The notes beneath the pieces are model-generated. The model ran no database searches. It was not told the DNA's origin and saw nothing but the letters and a program-made list of their open reading frames with translations. DNA of 49,710 nt from Candidatus Nomurabacteria bacterium UBA5155. GTDB taxonomy: Bacteria > Patescibacteriota > Minisyncoccia > Phycocordibacterales > UBA9973. Location: assembly GCA_002413705.1 (NCBI GenBank), contig DHXN01000008.1, forward strand, positions 16,576 to 66,285, read 5' to 3'. The position numbers were made by a program, and so were the translations under genes. Shown piece after piece: positions 9,666 to 18,403 of this stretch. The stretch's first letter is position 1. Every line of letters starts with the position of its first letter.

Positions 9666-10139
9666 TTATGCGCTGACTTTATCAGTACCGATAGTTTCGA
9701 GATGTCCCTCAGAAAGTTCAAGCATTTCATAATGCCAATTTACTCCTTCTTCACTGAGTATCAGAAGATCCTCATGTTCCATGCCTTCAGCCGCACCGCG
9801 AACAAGCGCCCAGTGCACAATTGCCGCACCTTCAAAGAAACCACTCCATTCCATCAGTTCAGTGGCATTGTCCCATTGGTCAGCAACATACAGGTCGCGC
9901 ATCTTTTTCAATTTTTCTTCCGTGGCAGTTGCTTTCACAAGTGTTGTATCGATGACACCACCATCTGTCGCCAGCTTCATGATCGATTCGCCATGCATGC
10001 GATTTTTCTCTTCTATGTCCACTACCTTTTCTTCACCCAAAGCTTCCACCAATGCCGCGCGACCTTTTTCATAAGTATCGGTACCCACGCGGTTAAATGC
10101 CAATAATTCTCCCAGTTTCTTTCCCACAAATTCATTCAT
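9666..10139 (-). CDS. hypothetical acidic helical protein (possibly ferritin-like four-helix bundle)
   Basis: 157 aa with balanced, acidic composition. The opposite-strand ORF (9558..10106) is F/C/H-rich junk. The fold assignment is a guess. Confidence 0.55.
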   Translation of the reverse strand: MNEFVGKKLGELLAFNRVGTDTYEKGRAALVEALGEEKVVDIEEKNRMHGESIMKLATDGGVIDTTLVKATATEEKLKKMRDLYVADQWDNATELMEWSGFFEGAAIVHWALVRGAAEGMEHEDLLILSEEGVNWHYEMLELSEGHLETIGTDKVSA

Positions 10140-10255
10140 ATATAATTTGATTATTCTGCTAATGCTGGTTATAGAGTAGAGGAAATTGCGTATTTATACA
10201 AGTCATATATAATTAACAATATTACTCGGTACACTTAATTCAGTAGTTCTATTTT

Positions 10256-10921
10256 ATGGCTCGTAGAGAAGACAAAATAAAAGCAATACAAATGAGGCAA
10301 AAAGGAATGAGTTATTCCAAGATAAAGACTGTTCTGAATGTGAGTAAGAGCACTTTAAGTAATTGGCTTTCTGGTGTAGTGCTTTCAAAAGAACAGTTAA
10401 GTAAGTTGAAAGAAATTACTCCTCAAAAAATAGAACGATATAGAGAAACTATGAAAATTAAAAAAACCGCTCGACTAGAAACTGTTTTTCAAAAAGCACA
10501 ATCTGATATCGGTATATTATCTCAACGAGATCTATTTGTTGCTGGTATTGCTTTATACTGGGGAGAGGGAACAAAAGCACAGCCTGCCCATGTTGCGTTG
10601 ACGAATACTAATCCTGCAATGTTACAATTTTTCCTTAAATGGATTGATATTTTTAATATAGACAAAAGTAAAATACGAATAAGATTGCATTTATACAACG
10701 ATATGGATATTAAAAAATCAATGCAATTTTGGTCAAAAGAACTTTCAATACCACTTGCACAGTTTCGAAAACCGTATATAAAGAAAACGAGTAGTTTTAG
10801 CATTACCTATAGGAATAGTTTCAAAATGGGGACATGCAGTGTAACATATGGCAATGCACCGTTATATGAGTATATAATGATGTGCATAAAGGTTCTTGAA
10901 TCCCCAATAATCCGCTCTTAG
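10256..10921 (+). CDS. HTH + LAGLIDADI-like (single-motif) homing-endonuclease-like protein
   Basis: N-terminal resolvase-type HTH (GMSYSKIKTVLNVSKSTLSNWL). It is followed by FVAGIALYWGEGTK, a LAGLIDADI-type motif ending in an acidic residue plus G. The last 10 nt, including the TAG stop, lie inside the tRNA gene. Confidence 0.6.
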   Translation: MARREDKIKAIQMRQKGMSYSKIKTVLNVSKSTLSNWLSGVVLSKEQLSKLKEITPQKIERYRETMKIKKTARLETVFQKAQSDIGILSQRDLFVAGIALYWGEGTKAQPAHVALTNTNPAMLQFFLKWIDIFNIDKSKIRIRLHLYNDMDIKKSMQFWSKELSIPLAQFRKPYIKKTSSFSITYRNSFKMGTCSVTYGNAPLYEYIMMCIKVLESPIIRS

Positions 10922-10984
10922 CTCAGTTGGTAGAGCAGTCGTCTTATACACGACCGGTCCATGGTTCGAATCCATGAGGGCGGA
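10912..10984 (+). tRNA. tRNA-Ile (anticodon UAU)
   Basis: Hand fold: acceptor CCGCTCT/AGGGCGG (C1-G72, one U-G); D arm GCTC-AGTTGGTA-GAGC; anticodon arm GTCGT-CTTATAC-ACGAC; T arm CATGG-TTCGAAT-CCATG; discriminator A. Confidence 0.85.
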
Positions 10985-11025
10985 CAATATTTACTTTCAA
11001 CAAAAATCTAGTATAGTTTTCTTAT

Positions 11026-11514
11026 ATGAATAAACAAAAAGGTTCTGCAAACGTAATCCTCATTATTTTAGTAGTTCTTTTAGTCGCGACAGTAATCTAT
11101 TTTGCTTTTATTAAAAAGCCAGATGTAACTGTACAACCTATTAATTCTTCTATTCCACCACAGAGTAGTACGGAACAATCAGTAACTTATGTTCCCTCAC
11201 CTTCAAATTTTGGAACAGTAGTAAGTTATAACTCAAAGTGGTCAATCACTCCACAATATTACGGCTCTGCTGCAATGGAAGCAGAAGGAAAAAGTCAGTT
11301 AGTAGGTTATATGTTTACATTGCCAGATGGTGCATTATTAACTTGGGGAGGAAACCAATCTGCATGTTCATCAAGTGAACCAGGATTTAATGTTTCTAGT
11401 GGGAGAGCATGTGTAAAAGGTCTCACTGCCACTATCGGCCATGCCAGTGCACGAGCATCTTTAAGTACAGCAGACCTGAATGCTTTTGGTGATTTTGTTG
11501 TAAAGAACCAATAA
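11026..11514 (+). CDS. membrane-anchored/secreted hypothetical protein
   Basis: N-terminal TM helix ANVILIILVVLLVATVIYFAF. I recognise no domain. Confidence 0.55.
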   Translation: MNKQKGSANVILIILVVLLVATVIYFAFIKKPDVTVQPINSSIPPQSSTEQSVTYVPSPSNFGTVVSYNSKWSITPQYYGSAAMEAEGKSQLVGYMFTLPDGALLTWGGNQSACSSSEPGFNVSSGRACVKGLTATIGHASARASLSTADLNAFGDFVVKNQ

Positions 11515-11517
11515 CAT

Positions 11518-12174
11518 ATGAAATTTCTCCTGACTTCATCCGGGCTCACAAATCCCTCCATAGCAAATACACTCCTTGAACTGGTGGGAAAGAAGCCGGA
11601 GGACATTTCGGTAGCGTTTATTCCTACTGCGGCAAATGTAGAACATGGCGAGAAGCAATGGCTTATTGATGACCTGACCACTCTCGCCAATCAAAAATAT
11701 AAATCGGTTGATATTGTAGATATCTCAGCAGTATCAAAAGAAATATGGCTGCCAAAATTTGAAGCAGCCGATGTATTATTTTTTGAGGGCGGTAACACAT
11801 ATCACCTCATGGAATGGATAAACAAATCAGGCCTGAAAGATGTATTGCCAGAATTATTGAAAACAAAAGTTTGGGTGGGTGTCAGTGCAGGTAGTATGGT
11901 GACGAACAAAGATTTGTCACTCAAAATCTCTCAAACGATATACGAAGAAGATCTGGATAAAACAACAGACATGACAGGATTGAATTTCGTAAATTTTTAT
12001 TTCTTACCACATCTTAACTCTCAATATTTCACAAAAGTGCGAAAAGAAAATATCGAGAAAGTTGTTGAAGGAGTGACTGAAAAAATCTATGTTATGGATG
12101 ATAATGGCGCAGTGAAAGTGGTAGATGGAAAAGTTGAGATTGTGACGGAAGGCGAGTATTTGGAGTTTAATTAG
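11518..12174 (+). CDS. peptidase S51 (dipeptidase E-like)
   Basis: MKFLLTSSG, FFEGGNTYHL and VWVGVSAGSMV (Ser nucleophile context). Confidence 0.8.
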   Translation: MKFLLTSSGLTNPSIANTLLELVGKKPEDISVAFIPTAANVEHGEKQWLIDDLTTLANQKYKSVDIVDISAVSKEIWLPKFEAADVLFFEGGNTYHLMEWINKSGLKDVLPELLKTKVWVGVSAGSMVTNKDLSLKISQTIYEEDLDKTTDMTGLNFVNFYFLPHLNSQYFTKVRKENIEKVVEGVTEKIYVMDDNGAVKVVDGKVEIVTEGEYLEFN

Positions 12175-12238
12175 ACGCGCTAAGTTGCTATACTGAAAGA
12201 GGTTGTCGTTATTTATAACCGACGGCGATCATATACAT

Positions 12239-12610
12239 ATGATGAACACACAAAAAGCGGCAAAATGGTTCGGATACATACTGCTGATTGTTGGTATTCT
12301 TGGATTTATTCCAGGAGTGGTGACGGGCAGCGGACTTCTGCTTGGTACTTTCCAAGTGGATGTGATGCACAATCTTATTCATATTATTAGTGGTCTTATT
12401 GCTGTCGCTTGTGCGGCTAGCTTCGGTGGCGCTAAACTGTATTTCAAAATCTTTGGTATTGTTTACGCGCTTGTCACCATTCTCGGTTTCTTAGGTGGCG
12501 GTATAGTACTTGGCATGATGATGAATATGGCAGACAATGTTCTACATCTTGTGATCACAGTCTTTGCGCTGTATTACGGTTTTCGTAATGAAGGTGGAGC
12601 GACAATGTAA
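12239..12610 (+). CDS. DUF4383-like small membrane protein
   Basis: Four TM helices with the MHNLIHIISG and DNVLHLVI motifs. The ATG at 12239 is preferred over the TTG at 12203. Confidence 0.6.
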   Translation: MMNTQKAAKWFGYILLIVGILGFIPGVVTGSGLLLGTFQVDVMHNLIHIISGLIAVACAASFGGAKLYFKIFGIVYALVTILGFLGGGIVLGMMMNMADNVLHLVITVFALYYGFRNEGGATM

Positions 12611-12612
12611 TT

Positions 12613-14814
12613 TCATTCGAAATGCATCTTCTCAAACGGCTTAGTATAAGCATCCAGTAATGGGTGCTTTTCTAATGTCGGATCTTCAACAATGAGCGTA
12701 ATGGCTGCTTGGCGCGCTGCTTCCACTAGTTTCAAATTGCGCAGCGCCTCCATACCGATATCGGAAATGCCCCATTGTTGTGTGCCGGTTAGCTCGCCGG
12801 TGCCGCGCAGCTGCAAGTCATACTCTGCCAATTCAAAACCATTTTTGGCTTCCAAAAATAATTTCATGCGCTCTTGTGTGCGTTCACTCTTGGCATCAGC
12901 GAACAAATAACAATACGGCTGGTATGACGATCGCTGTACGCGTCCGCGCAATTGATGCAGTTGTGACAGACCAAAACGTTCGGCACCTTCAATAATAATC
13001 ACTGTTGCATTGGGTACGTTCACGCCGACTTCCACCACCGATGTTGCCACCAGTATGTCGACTTCATGATTCACAAAGTCATACATGCTTTCTTCCTTCT
13101 TTTCTTTGGTCATCTTGCTGTGCAGTATGCCGATGCGATATTCTGGAAATATTTTTTCTTGCAATCGCTTGGCTTCGGTCGTGACATTTTTCATCTGTAG
13201 TTTTGCTATTGTATCTTTTGCATCTTTGTCAGACGAAGCGATGCGAGGACAAATGATGTAACACTGTCGTCCTTCTTTTAGTACGGCGCGAATTTTTTCA
13301 TACACATCTTCGCGTTTGTCAGGTGTGACAAGTACGGTAGTGACTTGCTTGCGCCCGGCGGGCAGTTGATCAAGCAGTGACAAATCCAAGTCGCCATAGA
13401 TCGTCAGTGCCAGCGTGCGAGGAATCGGTGTGGCAGTCATCGAAAGTAGGTGAGGAAAGTGTGTATCTTTTTTGGCCAACCCTTTGCGTTGATTGAGCCC
13501 GAAGCGATGTTGCTCGTCGATAATTGCCAGTGCCAGGTGTTTGAATGTCAGACTTTTTTGAATGAGCGCATGCGTGCCGATGACAATAGGAATTTCACCA
13601 TTGGCAATCCATTTTGAAAGTTGCGGTCGAGAGATAGTTGTCCAATTATCTTTGTTTGATGCGACCTTACTGGGAAATTTTCTGCAGCCGCTGCCAGTGA
13701 TCAATGCAATGGAAATACCTGTGTGACGAAAGAGTTCAATGAAACTTTCGAAATGTTGTGTCGCCAGTATTTCTGTTGGCGCCATGTACGCGACCTGTAG
13801 GCTGCCATATGTTTGTTTGGTGCGAACCGATCGGTCAAGCGGTTTATCAGTTGCTTTAAATGGACGATTCATGATCGTGGCATATGCAGCCACGGCAGCA
13901 ACGGCAGTCTTGCCGCTACCAACATCTCCTTCCAGTAAACGTGACATTGGCACATCATGTTCCATGTCTTGCAAAATATGTCCGATAGCGGTGCGCTGTG
14001 CATCGGTCAGAGGAAAACCAAAGCGTTTGATAAAATCTTCAGTGTCGACACTTTCGGTATTGATTGCATAGGCTACTTGCTCTTTGATATTTAAGCGCTC
14101 CTTTTGTCGCGCAATGTTGATAGAAAATATTTCATCAAATGCAAAACGCTTGCGCGCGATAATGGCGTTATCTTTTGTTTTTGGTCCGTGTATCCAAATC
14201 AGTGCCGTTTTCAACGTGGGAAGTGAATTTTGTTTGAGCAGTTCGGCAGGAAGGTGGTCGGGAATAGTTTCCAACGTCGCCAGTGCTCGTGTCACTGCAT
14301 GATGCAGCCACAAGCTCGATACGCCACGTGTTTCTGGATAGACTGGTGTTAGCACGGCATGTTCATCGCTGGCAAAAAGCGAATCGTGACTATCGATCGG
14401 CAGTGCTTTCTCCTCGCGCACTGTTGGATTGACCATTGCCAAGCTGTCTTTGTAAGTGCTGACCTTGCCGGTGATTTCGATTGTGCCTCCAACGTGCAGC
14501 ATTTTTGATAGGTATGGCTGATTGAACCAAATGACAGTCATGGTGCCGCCGACATCTTCAATGACACCTTCGGTCAGTGCCATTTTGCTTTTCCATGATT
14601 TTTTGGCCGTCAGTTTTTTGATAGTGCCACGAACTGTGGCGACCGTGTCTTCGGTCAGACCCTGGATTGAAACATACTGACTTTCATCGGCATAGCGCGT
14701 CGGGAAGTGATAGAGCAGGTCGCGGACTGTCACGATACCAAGTTTGGCCAAGCCTATTTTTTTGTCCCCATCCAGTCGGGTAAGTTCGGCAATTGGTGAC
14801 TGAAGGGTAATCAT
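12613..14814 (-). CDS. recG: ATP-dependent DNA helicase RecG
   Basis: Wedge domain plus GDVGSGKTAVAA, IIDEQHRFG, MTATPIPRTLA and QLRGRVQR. Confidence 0.95.
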   Translation of the reverse strand: MITLQSPIAELTRLDGDKKIGLAKLGIVTVRDLLYHFPTRYADESQYVSIQGLTEDTVATVRGTIKKLTAKKSWKSKMALTEGVIEDVGGTMTVIWFNQPYLSKMLHVGGTIEITGKVSTYKDSLAMVNPTVREEKALPIDSHDSLFASDEHAVLTPVYPETRGVSSLWLHHAVTRALATLETIPDHLPAELLKQNSLPTLKTALIWIHGPKTKDNAIIARKRFAFDEIFSINIARQKERLNIKEQVAYAINTESVDTEDFIKRFGFPLTDAQRTAIGHILQDMEHDVPMSRLLEGDVGSGKTAVAAVAAYATIMNRPFKATDKPLDRSVRTKQTYGSLQVAYMAPTEILATQHFESFIELFRHTGISIALITGSGCRKFPSKVASNKDNWTTISRPQLSKWIANGEIPIVIGTHALIQKSLTFKHLALAIIDEQHRFGLNQRKGLAKKDTHFPHLLSMTATPIPRTLALTIYGDLDLSLLDQLPAGRKQVTTVLVTPDKREDVYEKIRAVLKEGRQCYIICPRIASSDKDAKDTIAKLQMKNVTTEAKRLQEKIFPEYRIGILHSKMTKEKKEESMYDFVNHEVDILVATSVVEVGVNVPNATVIIIEGAERFGLSQLHQLRGRVQRSSYQPYCYLFADAKSERTQERMKLFLEAKNGFELAEYDLQLRGTGELTGTQQWGISDIGMEALRNLKLVEAARQAAITLIVEDPTLEKHPLLDAYTKPFEKMHFE

Positions 14815-14828
14815 TTAAACAGTATAGC

Positions 14829-14858
14829 AAAAGGCCATCCCGTAGGGATGGCCTTTTG
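14829..14858 (-). terminator. rho-independent terminator (after the RRM gene)
   Basis: AAAAGGCCATCC-cgta-GGGATGGCCTTTT. Confidence 0.7.
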
Positions 14859-14880
14859 CTCTATAATCTTGCGATTATGA

Positions 14881-15189
14881 TTAGTTACGGTTATCGCGAC
14901 TGAAGCCACGATTTCCACCGCCATTACCACCTTCACGCTTTTCGCTAGGGCGAGCAATGTCAACGAAGATGGTGCGTCCATCTAGTTCAGTGTTGTTAAG
15001 CTTATCAACAGATGCCTGAGCTTCTGCATCACTTGAAAATTCAACGAAGCCAAATCCTTTTGATTTGCCAGTCATTTTGTCCATGATAACGTTCGCACTG
15101 GTAACTGTACCAACTTGTGCGAAGTAGTCTGATAAACCTTGGTTGTTGGTGTTGAATGAGAGACTACCAACGAAAACTTTATTATTCAT
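14881..15189 (-). CDS. RRM-type RNA-binding protein with Gly/Arg tail
   Basis: RNP2 VFVGSL, RNP1 KGFGFVEF, and a C-terminal GGNGGGNRGF tail. Confidence 0.9.
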   Translation of the reverse strand: MNNKVFVGSLSFNTNNQGLSDYFAQVGTVTSANVIMDKMTGKSKGFGFVEFSSDAEAQASVDKLNNTELDGRTIFVDIARPSEKREGGNGGGNRGFSRDNRN

Positions 15190-15293
15190 TATATATTTTA
15201 CTTATTTATTATCCTTGCAACGCACTATTTCGAAACAGAGCACATTACAATAGCCACACTATAGCACACATTTCTCAAAATACGCTAAAGGTC

Positions 15294-15869
15294 TCAATCT
15301 AGTGTCACGCTGCTTTTTGGCAAAAAATAGAACAATGGCGGAATAGCCAGTAGAACATAGCCCAAAGGAATAGAAATAACAGGAGCAAGTATGGCCAAGA
15401 AGTACACAGTTGGACCAAGCAGGCTGCGCTTCATGCCGATAATATGACGATCATTGCAGCTTTTATGAATCCAGTAGCGAAGCAAGCTAAAACTGGCTGA
15501 AGCGCCAAAGAGCACCAGTGCGTAGATGCTCTGCGCTGCCGCAGAAGGAGCATTGAGACTCATGGTTTGCGTGACGAAAGGAATAAGTGTCACGAAAAAC
15601 AAAAAGAAAATATTCAGCCACAAAACGCGACGCTGATTGATAGTAGTCAGCATTTGTGTCAGCTGATGATGATTGACCCAAAAAATAGCGATGGCGGTAA
15701 AACTTAAAATAAATGTCAGCAGGCTGGGAATGAGCGGTACTAGTCCTTGAAATGAAAATTGCGCAGTTTTTAAATAGGGAACACGAAGTTCCAATGCCAG
15801 TAATGTGACAGCGATTGCGAAGACACCATCGCTGAAAGATTCGAAACGGATTTTATTGGTTGGTTGCAT
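15294..15869 (-). CDS. TMEM175/DUF1211 family potassium channel-like protein
   Basis: RFESFSDGVFAIAVTLLALELRVP signature helix and six TM segments. Confidence 0.75.
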   Translation of the reverse strand: MQPTNKIRFESFSDGVFAIAVTLLALELRVPYLKTAQFSFQGLVPLIPSLLTFILSFTAIAIFWVNHHQLTQMLTTINQRRVLWLNIFFLFFVTLIPFVTQTMSLNAPSAAAQSIYALVLFGASASFSLLRYWIHKSCNDRHIIGMKRSLLGPTVYFLAILAPVISIPLGYVLLAIPPLFYFLPKSSVTLD

Positions 15870-15970
15870 GTTGAAAGTATATCCTATTGAGGATCGTATA
15901 TACTAGTAGGAGGCGACAATTTCAGTTATGATTGGATGGTCTTATTAGTAATAAATAAAATGTTAACTAT

Positions 15971-16798
15971 ATGAATAAAAAATTACTTACTATATCAACA
16001 CTTATGCTTGCGGCTACTGTTGCAAGTGCGAGTCTTGCGACACTAGCACTGGCTGAGGATAATAATACCAACGCAAATGTTGGTGTGAATCTCACTGCCC
16101 CAGGTCTCATTATGCACACCCAAAGCAATGGCGATGGAAACAACATGATGGGCGGCGAACATCGTGGTGCGATAGTTGGTAAAGCTGCTGGACACATGAT
16201 GTCAGGAATATATGGAACAGTTACTGCTGTAAGCGGCAACACTGTCACCGTGCAAAGCAAGACATTCACGAAGGGTAGTACCACTAGTACGATGACTACC
16301 TACACCGTGGACGCGTCTGTTGCAACTATAGTGAAAAACAAAGCGGCAAGTGTTGTCTCAGCAATCGCAGTGGGCGATACCATAATGGTACAGGGAACAT
16401 TGACCGGTACATCAATTGTAGCAAAAACTATTATTGACGGTATCGTGATAAAAAATCAGCCAGAGATTGATAAAAACAGCACGACTCTTCCAATAGGAAA
16501 TGGTCAGCCAATTGTCGTAGGTACAGTCACTGCGATCAATGGCAGTACTGTGACTATTACAAACAAAAGTAATGTCTCATACACAATCAATGTAGCCGGT
16601 GCGACTGTAACAAAAAATGGTGACACTAGTACCGTTTCAAATGTTACAGTAGGAGACACCGTACTTGCTCAGGGTACAATCAATGGTACATCAGTTACCG
16701 CAGTCTCACTTACCGACAGCGCAACTGCATCTACTAATGTAAATAAACACAAAGGATTCTTCGGAATGATCGGAGCATTCTTCGCAAGATTTTTCTAA
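15971..16798 (+). CDS. secreted repeat protein (DUF5666-like beta repeats)
   Basis: Signal peptide. Repeated GTVTAVSGNTVTVQSK / GTVTAINGSTVTITNK and GDTIMVQGTLTGTS / GDTVLAQGTINGTS units. Confidence 0.65.
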   Translation: MNKKLLTISTLMLAATVASASLATLALAEDNNTNANVGVNLTAPGLIMHTQSNGDGNNMMGGEHRGAIVGKAAGHMMSGIYGTVTAVSGNTVTVQSKTFTKGSTTSTMTTYTVDASVATIVKNKAASVVSAIAVGDTIMVQGTLTGTSIVAKTIIDGIVIKNQPEIDKNSTTLPIGNGQPIVVGTVTAINGSTVTITNKSNVSYTINVAGATVTKNGDTSTVSNVTVGDTVLAQGTINGTSVTAVSLTDSATASTNVNKHKGFFGMIGAFFARFF

Positions 16799-16825
16799 AG
16801 AGAAATTAGATTGAACATAGATAGT

Positions 16826-16856
16826 AAAAAGCCAATCTTTACAGGATTGGCTTTTT
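16826..16856 (+). terminator. rho-independent terminator
   Basis: AAAAAGCCAATC-tttacag-GATTGGCTTTTT. Confidence 0.7.
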
Positions 16857-16896
16857 ACTTTTTTACCATTTTGAGCTATGATATCCTCACAATCCT

Positions 16897-16981
16897 GGAG
16901 GATTGGATGAGTGGTTTAAATCAACGGTTTACTAAACCGTCGACTGTAAAAGGTCCGTGAGTTCGAATCTCACATCCTCCG
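16897..16981 (+). tRNA. type II tRNA, Ser-like, anticodon ACU
   Basis: Acceptor GGAGGAT/ATCCTCC with all pairs Watson-Crick. 3-bp D stem GAT/ATC with GG in the loop. Anticodon arm ACGGT-TTACTAA-ACCGT. Long variable arm CGACTGTAAAAGGTCC. T arm GTGAG-TTCGAAT-CTCAC. Discriminator G. Confidence 0.7.
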
Positions 16982-17007
16982 CCGCTACTTTAGGGTATAA
17001 TCATCCT

Positions 17008-17643
17008 ATGAATCAAGAACAACAGCTTACTGAATATCTCTTAAAAAAATATAACCCACTCGCAATTCTCATTCACGGTTCACGAGCAAGCGGGTATGCG
17101 CGCGAACATAGCGATTGGGATTTTGCGATTATCGTAGACAAAGATATTGAAGTTGAGCGAGAAATAATTGATGGAGCAAATATCGAGATACGAGTACTGC
17201 AACTTCCTTTCGATGCACAAAAGATTGGAGACAAATGGATAGCCCTTAGAAAAGGGAATGTTAAAGTTGTATACGATCCTCAAAATATCACAGAATCAAT
17301 AATTGAAAAAGTTACAGAATACTATAACAAGCCGATGGTATGGGCGAAGGGAGAGATTTTTGGACACAAGGCTTGGTACCGTTCTCATACAGACGGCATG
17401 ATCGATTATCAGAATGACCATCTCGCGTTCTACAGAAAATTAAGTGAGCTTTATACAAGATCAATAATGTATTGGTTTCATTTCCTGCATAATACATACA
17501 TGCCCCAGGTATATCTTTCATTGCCTCGAATTGAAAAAGAGGACCCTGAACATTATGAACTTCTAAAGGTTCTCGCCGGAAATGGTACGAATCAGGAAAA
17601 GATTGAAGCAGCTGAGAAAATTTATAACAGAATTTGGAAATAA
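17008..17643 (+). CDS. nucleotidyltransferase-fold protein (KNTase-like: NTase + helical C-domain)
   Basis: ILIHGSRASGYAREHSDWDFAIIV matches GS-x(n)-DxD. The start at MNQEQQ is preceded by TATAAT 6 nt upstream. The longer ORF would overlap the tRNA. Confidence 0.75.
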   Translation: MNQEQQLTEYLLKKYNPLAILIHGSRASGYAREHSDWDFAIIVDKDIEVEREIIDGANIEIRVLQLPFDAQKIGDKWIALRKGNVKVVYDPQNITESIIEKVTEYYNKPMVWAKGEIFGHKAWYRSHTDGMIDYQNDHLAFYRKLSELYTRSIMYWFHFLHNTYMPQVYLSLPRIEKEDPEHYELLKVLAGNGTNQEKIEAAEKIYNRIWK

Positions 17644-17670
17644 GTTCCAACATCCTGCCACAGCGCCCGC
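17642..17670 (+). repeat. 29-nt junction box, copy 1
   Basis: AAGTTCCAACATCCTGCCACAGCGCCCGC. It starts inside the TAA stop of the preceding gene. Confidence 0.85.
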
Positions 17671-17672
17671 CG

Positions 17673-17710
17673 ATACAGAAAAAGACCGCATGTGCGGTCT
17701 TTTTCTGTAT
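17673..17710. terminator. long perfect hairpin terminator
   Basis: ATACAGAAAAAGACCGCA / TGCGGTCTTTTTCTGTAT, an 18-nt perfect inverted repeat flanked by an A-run and a T-run. Confidence 0.8.
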
Positions 17711-17922
17711 ACGTTTTTTTGAGTATTATTTAACAACCTCGGTAAAAATTTCGCCAGTTCGTTCGATTTCAAAATTTCCTAGACGTATCCAAGATGTAGA
17801 TATTTTGATAAATACAATTTCACTATCCTGTAGTTGGTCGATGGATGGTTGCCCTATTCATGGTAAGTCCAATTAGATAATTCAATGCTTCGTATTATTG
17901 TCATTAGGCGTATACTTAATAC

Positions 17923-18321
17923 ATGAAAGGATACAAAGGAGATATTGAAAAAGACACGTTAGATAATAGTAATTTCAGAAAAGTATTATACACAGCAAAA
18001 CACAGCCAGCTCGTTTTAATGAGCTTGAAGCCATTAGAAGAAATTGGTTTGGAAGTTCATCCAGATAATGATCAGTTCTTTCGTTTTGAAGGAGGAACAG
18101 GGAAGGTTGTTATCGATGATACAACATATGAAGTGAGTGATGGTATGGCAGTGATTATTCCTGCAGGATCTCAGCACAATGTCATTAATACTTCAGAAAC
18201 AGAAGCGCTAAAAATGTACACCATTTATTCACCCGCGCACCACAAAGACGGTGTGATACATGCCACTAAGGCTGATGCTGAGAGTTCGGATGAAGAATTC
18301 GACGGAGTAACTACTGAATAA
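17923..18321 (+). CDS. cupin-domain protein
   Basis: GLEVHPDNDQFFRFEGGTGKVVIDD...AVIIPAGSQHNVINT (cupin motifs 1 and 2). Confidence 0.8.
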   Translation: MKGYKGDIEKDTLDNSNFRKVLYTAKHSQLVLMSLKPLEEIGLEVHPDNDQFFRFEGGTGKVVIDDTTYEVSDGMAVIIPAGSQHNVINTSETEALKMYTIYSPAHHKDGVIHATKADAESSDEEFDGVTTE

Positions 18322-18348
18322 TTATATGTATAATAATGTTGGTTAAAT

Positions 18349-18377
18349 AAGTTCCACCATCCTGCCACAATGCCCGC
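18349..18377 (+). repeat. 29-nt junction box, copy 2
   Basis: AAGTTCCACCATCCTGCCACAATGCCCGC, 26/29 identical to copy 1. Confidence 0.85.
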
Positions 18378-18403
18378 AGCTACTTTTTGCTATACTAAAA
18401 TAT

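Noticed and set aside
9558-10106. 182-aa plus-strand ORF overlapping 9666..10139.
   Set aside because: The translation is Phe/Cys/His-rich and implausible. The minus-strand product has normal, acidic, helical composition, and the bidirectional terminator fits convergent 9322..9591 and 9666..10139.
10140-10255. Possible remnant of a tRNA 5' half upstream of the first endonuclease gene (TTAATTCAGTAGTTCT versus TTAGCTCAGTTGGTAG). This would have made the ORF an insertion inside a tRNA.
   Set aside because: Only about 10/16 positions match in A+T-rich sequence. There is no acceptor-stem counterpart, and the downstream tRNA-Ile is complete on its own.
16957-17007. N-terminal 17-aa extension of the nucleotidyltransferase ORF.
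   Set aside because: It would start inside the tRNA-Ser T arm. The ATG at 17008 has a TATAAT 6 nt upstream, like the neighbouring genes.
17563-17876. ORFs 17563..17772 (-) and 17634..17876 (+) in the long spacer after box 1.
   Set aside because: They run through the box and the 18-bp hairpin. They have no start context and low-complexity translations. The spacer is better explained as terminator plus promoter region.
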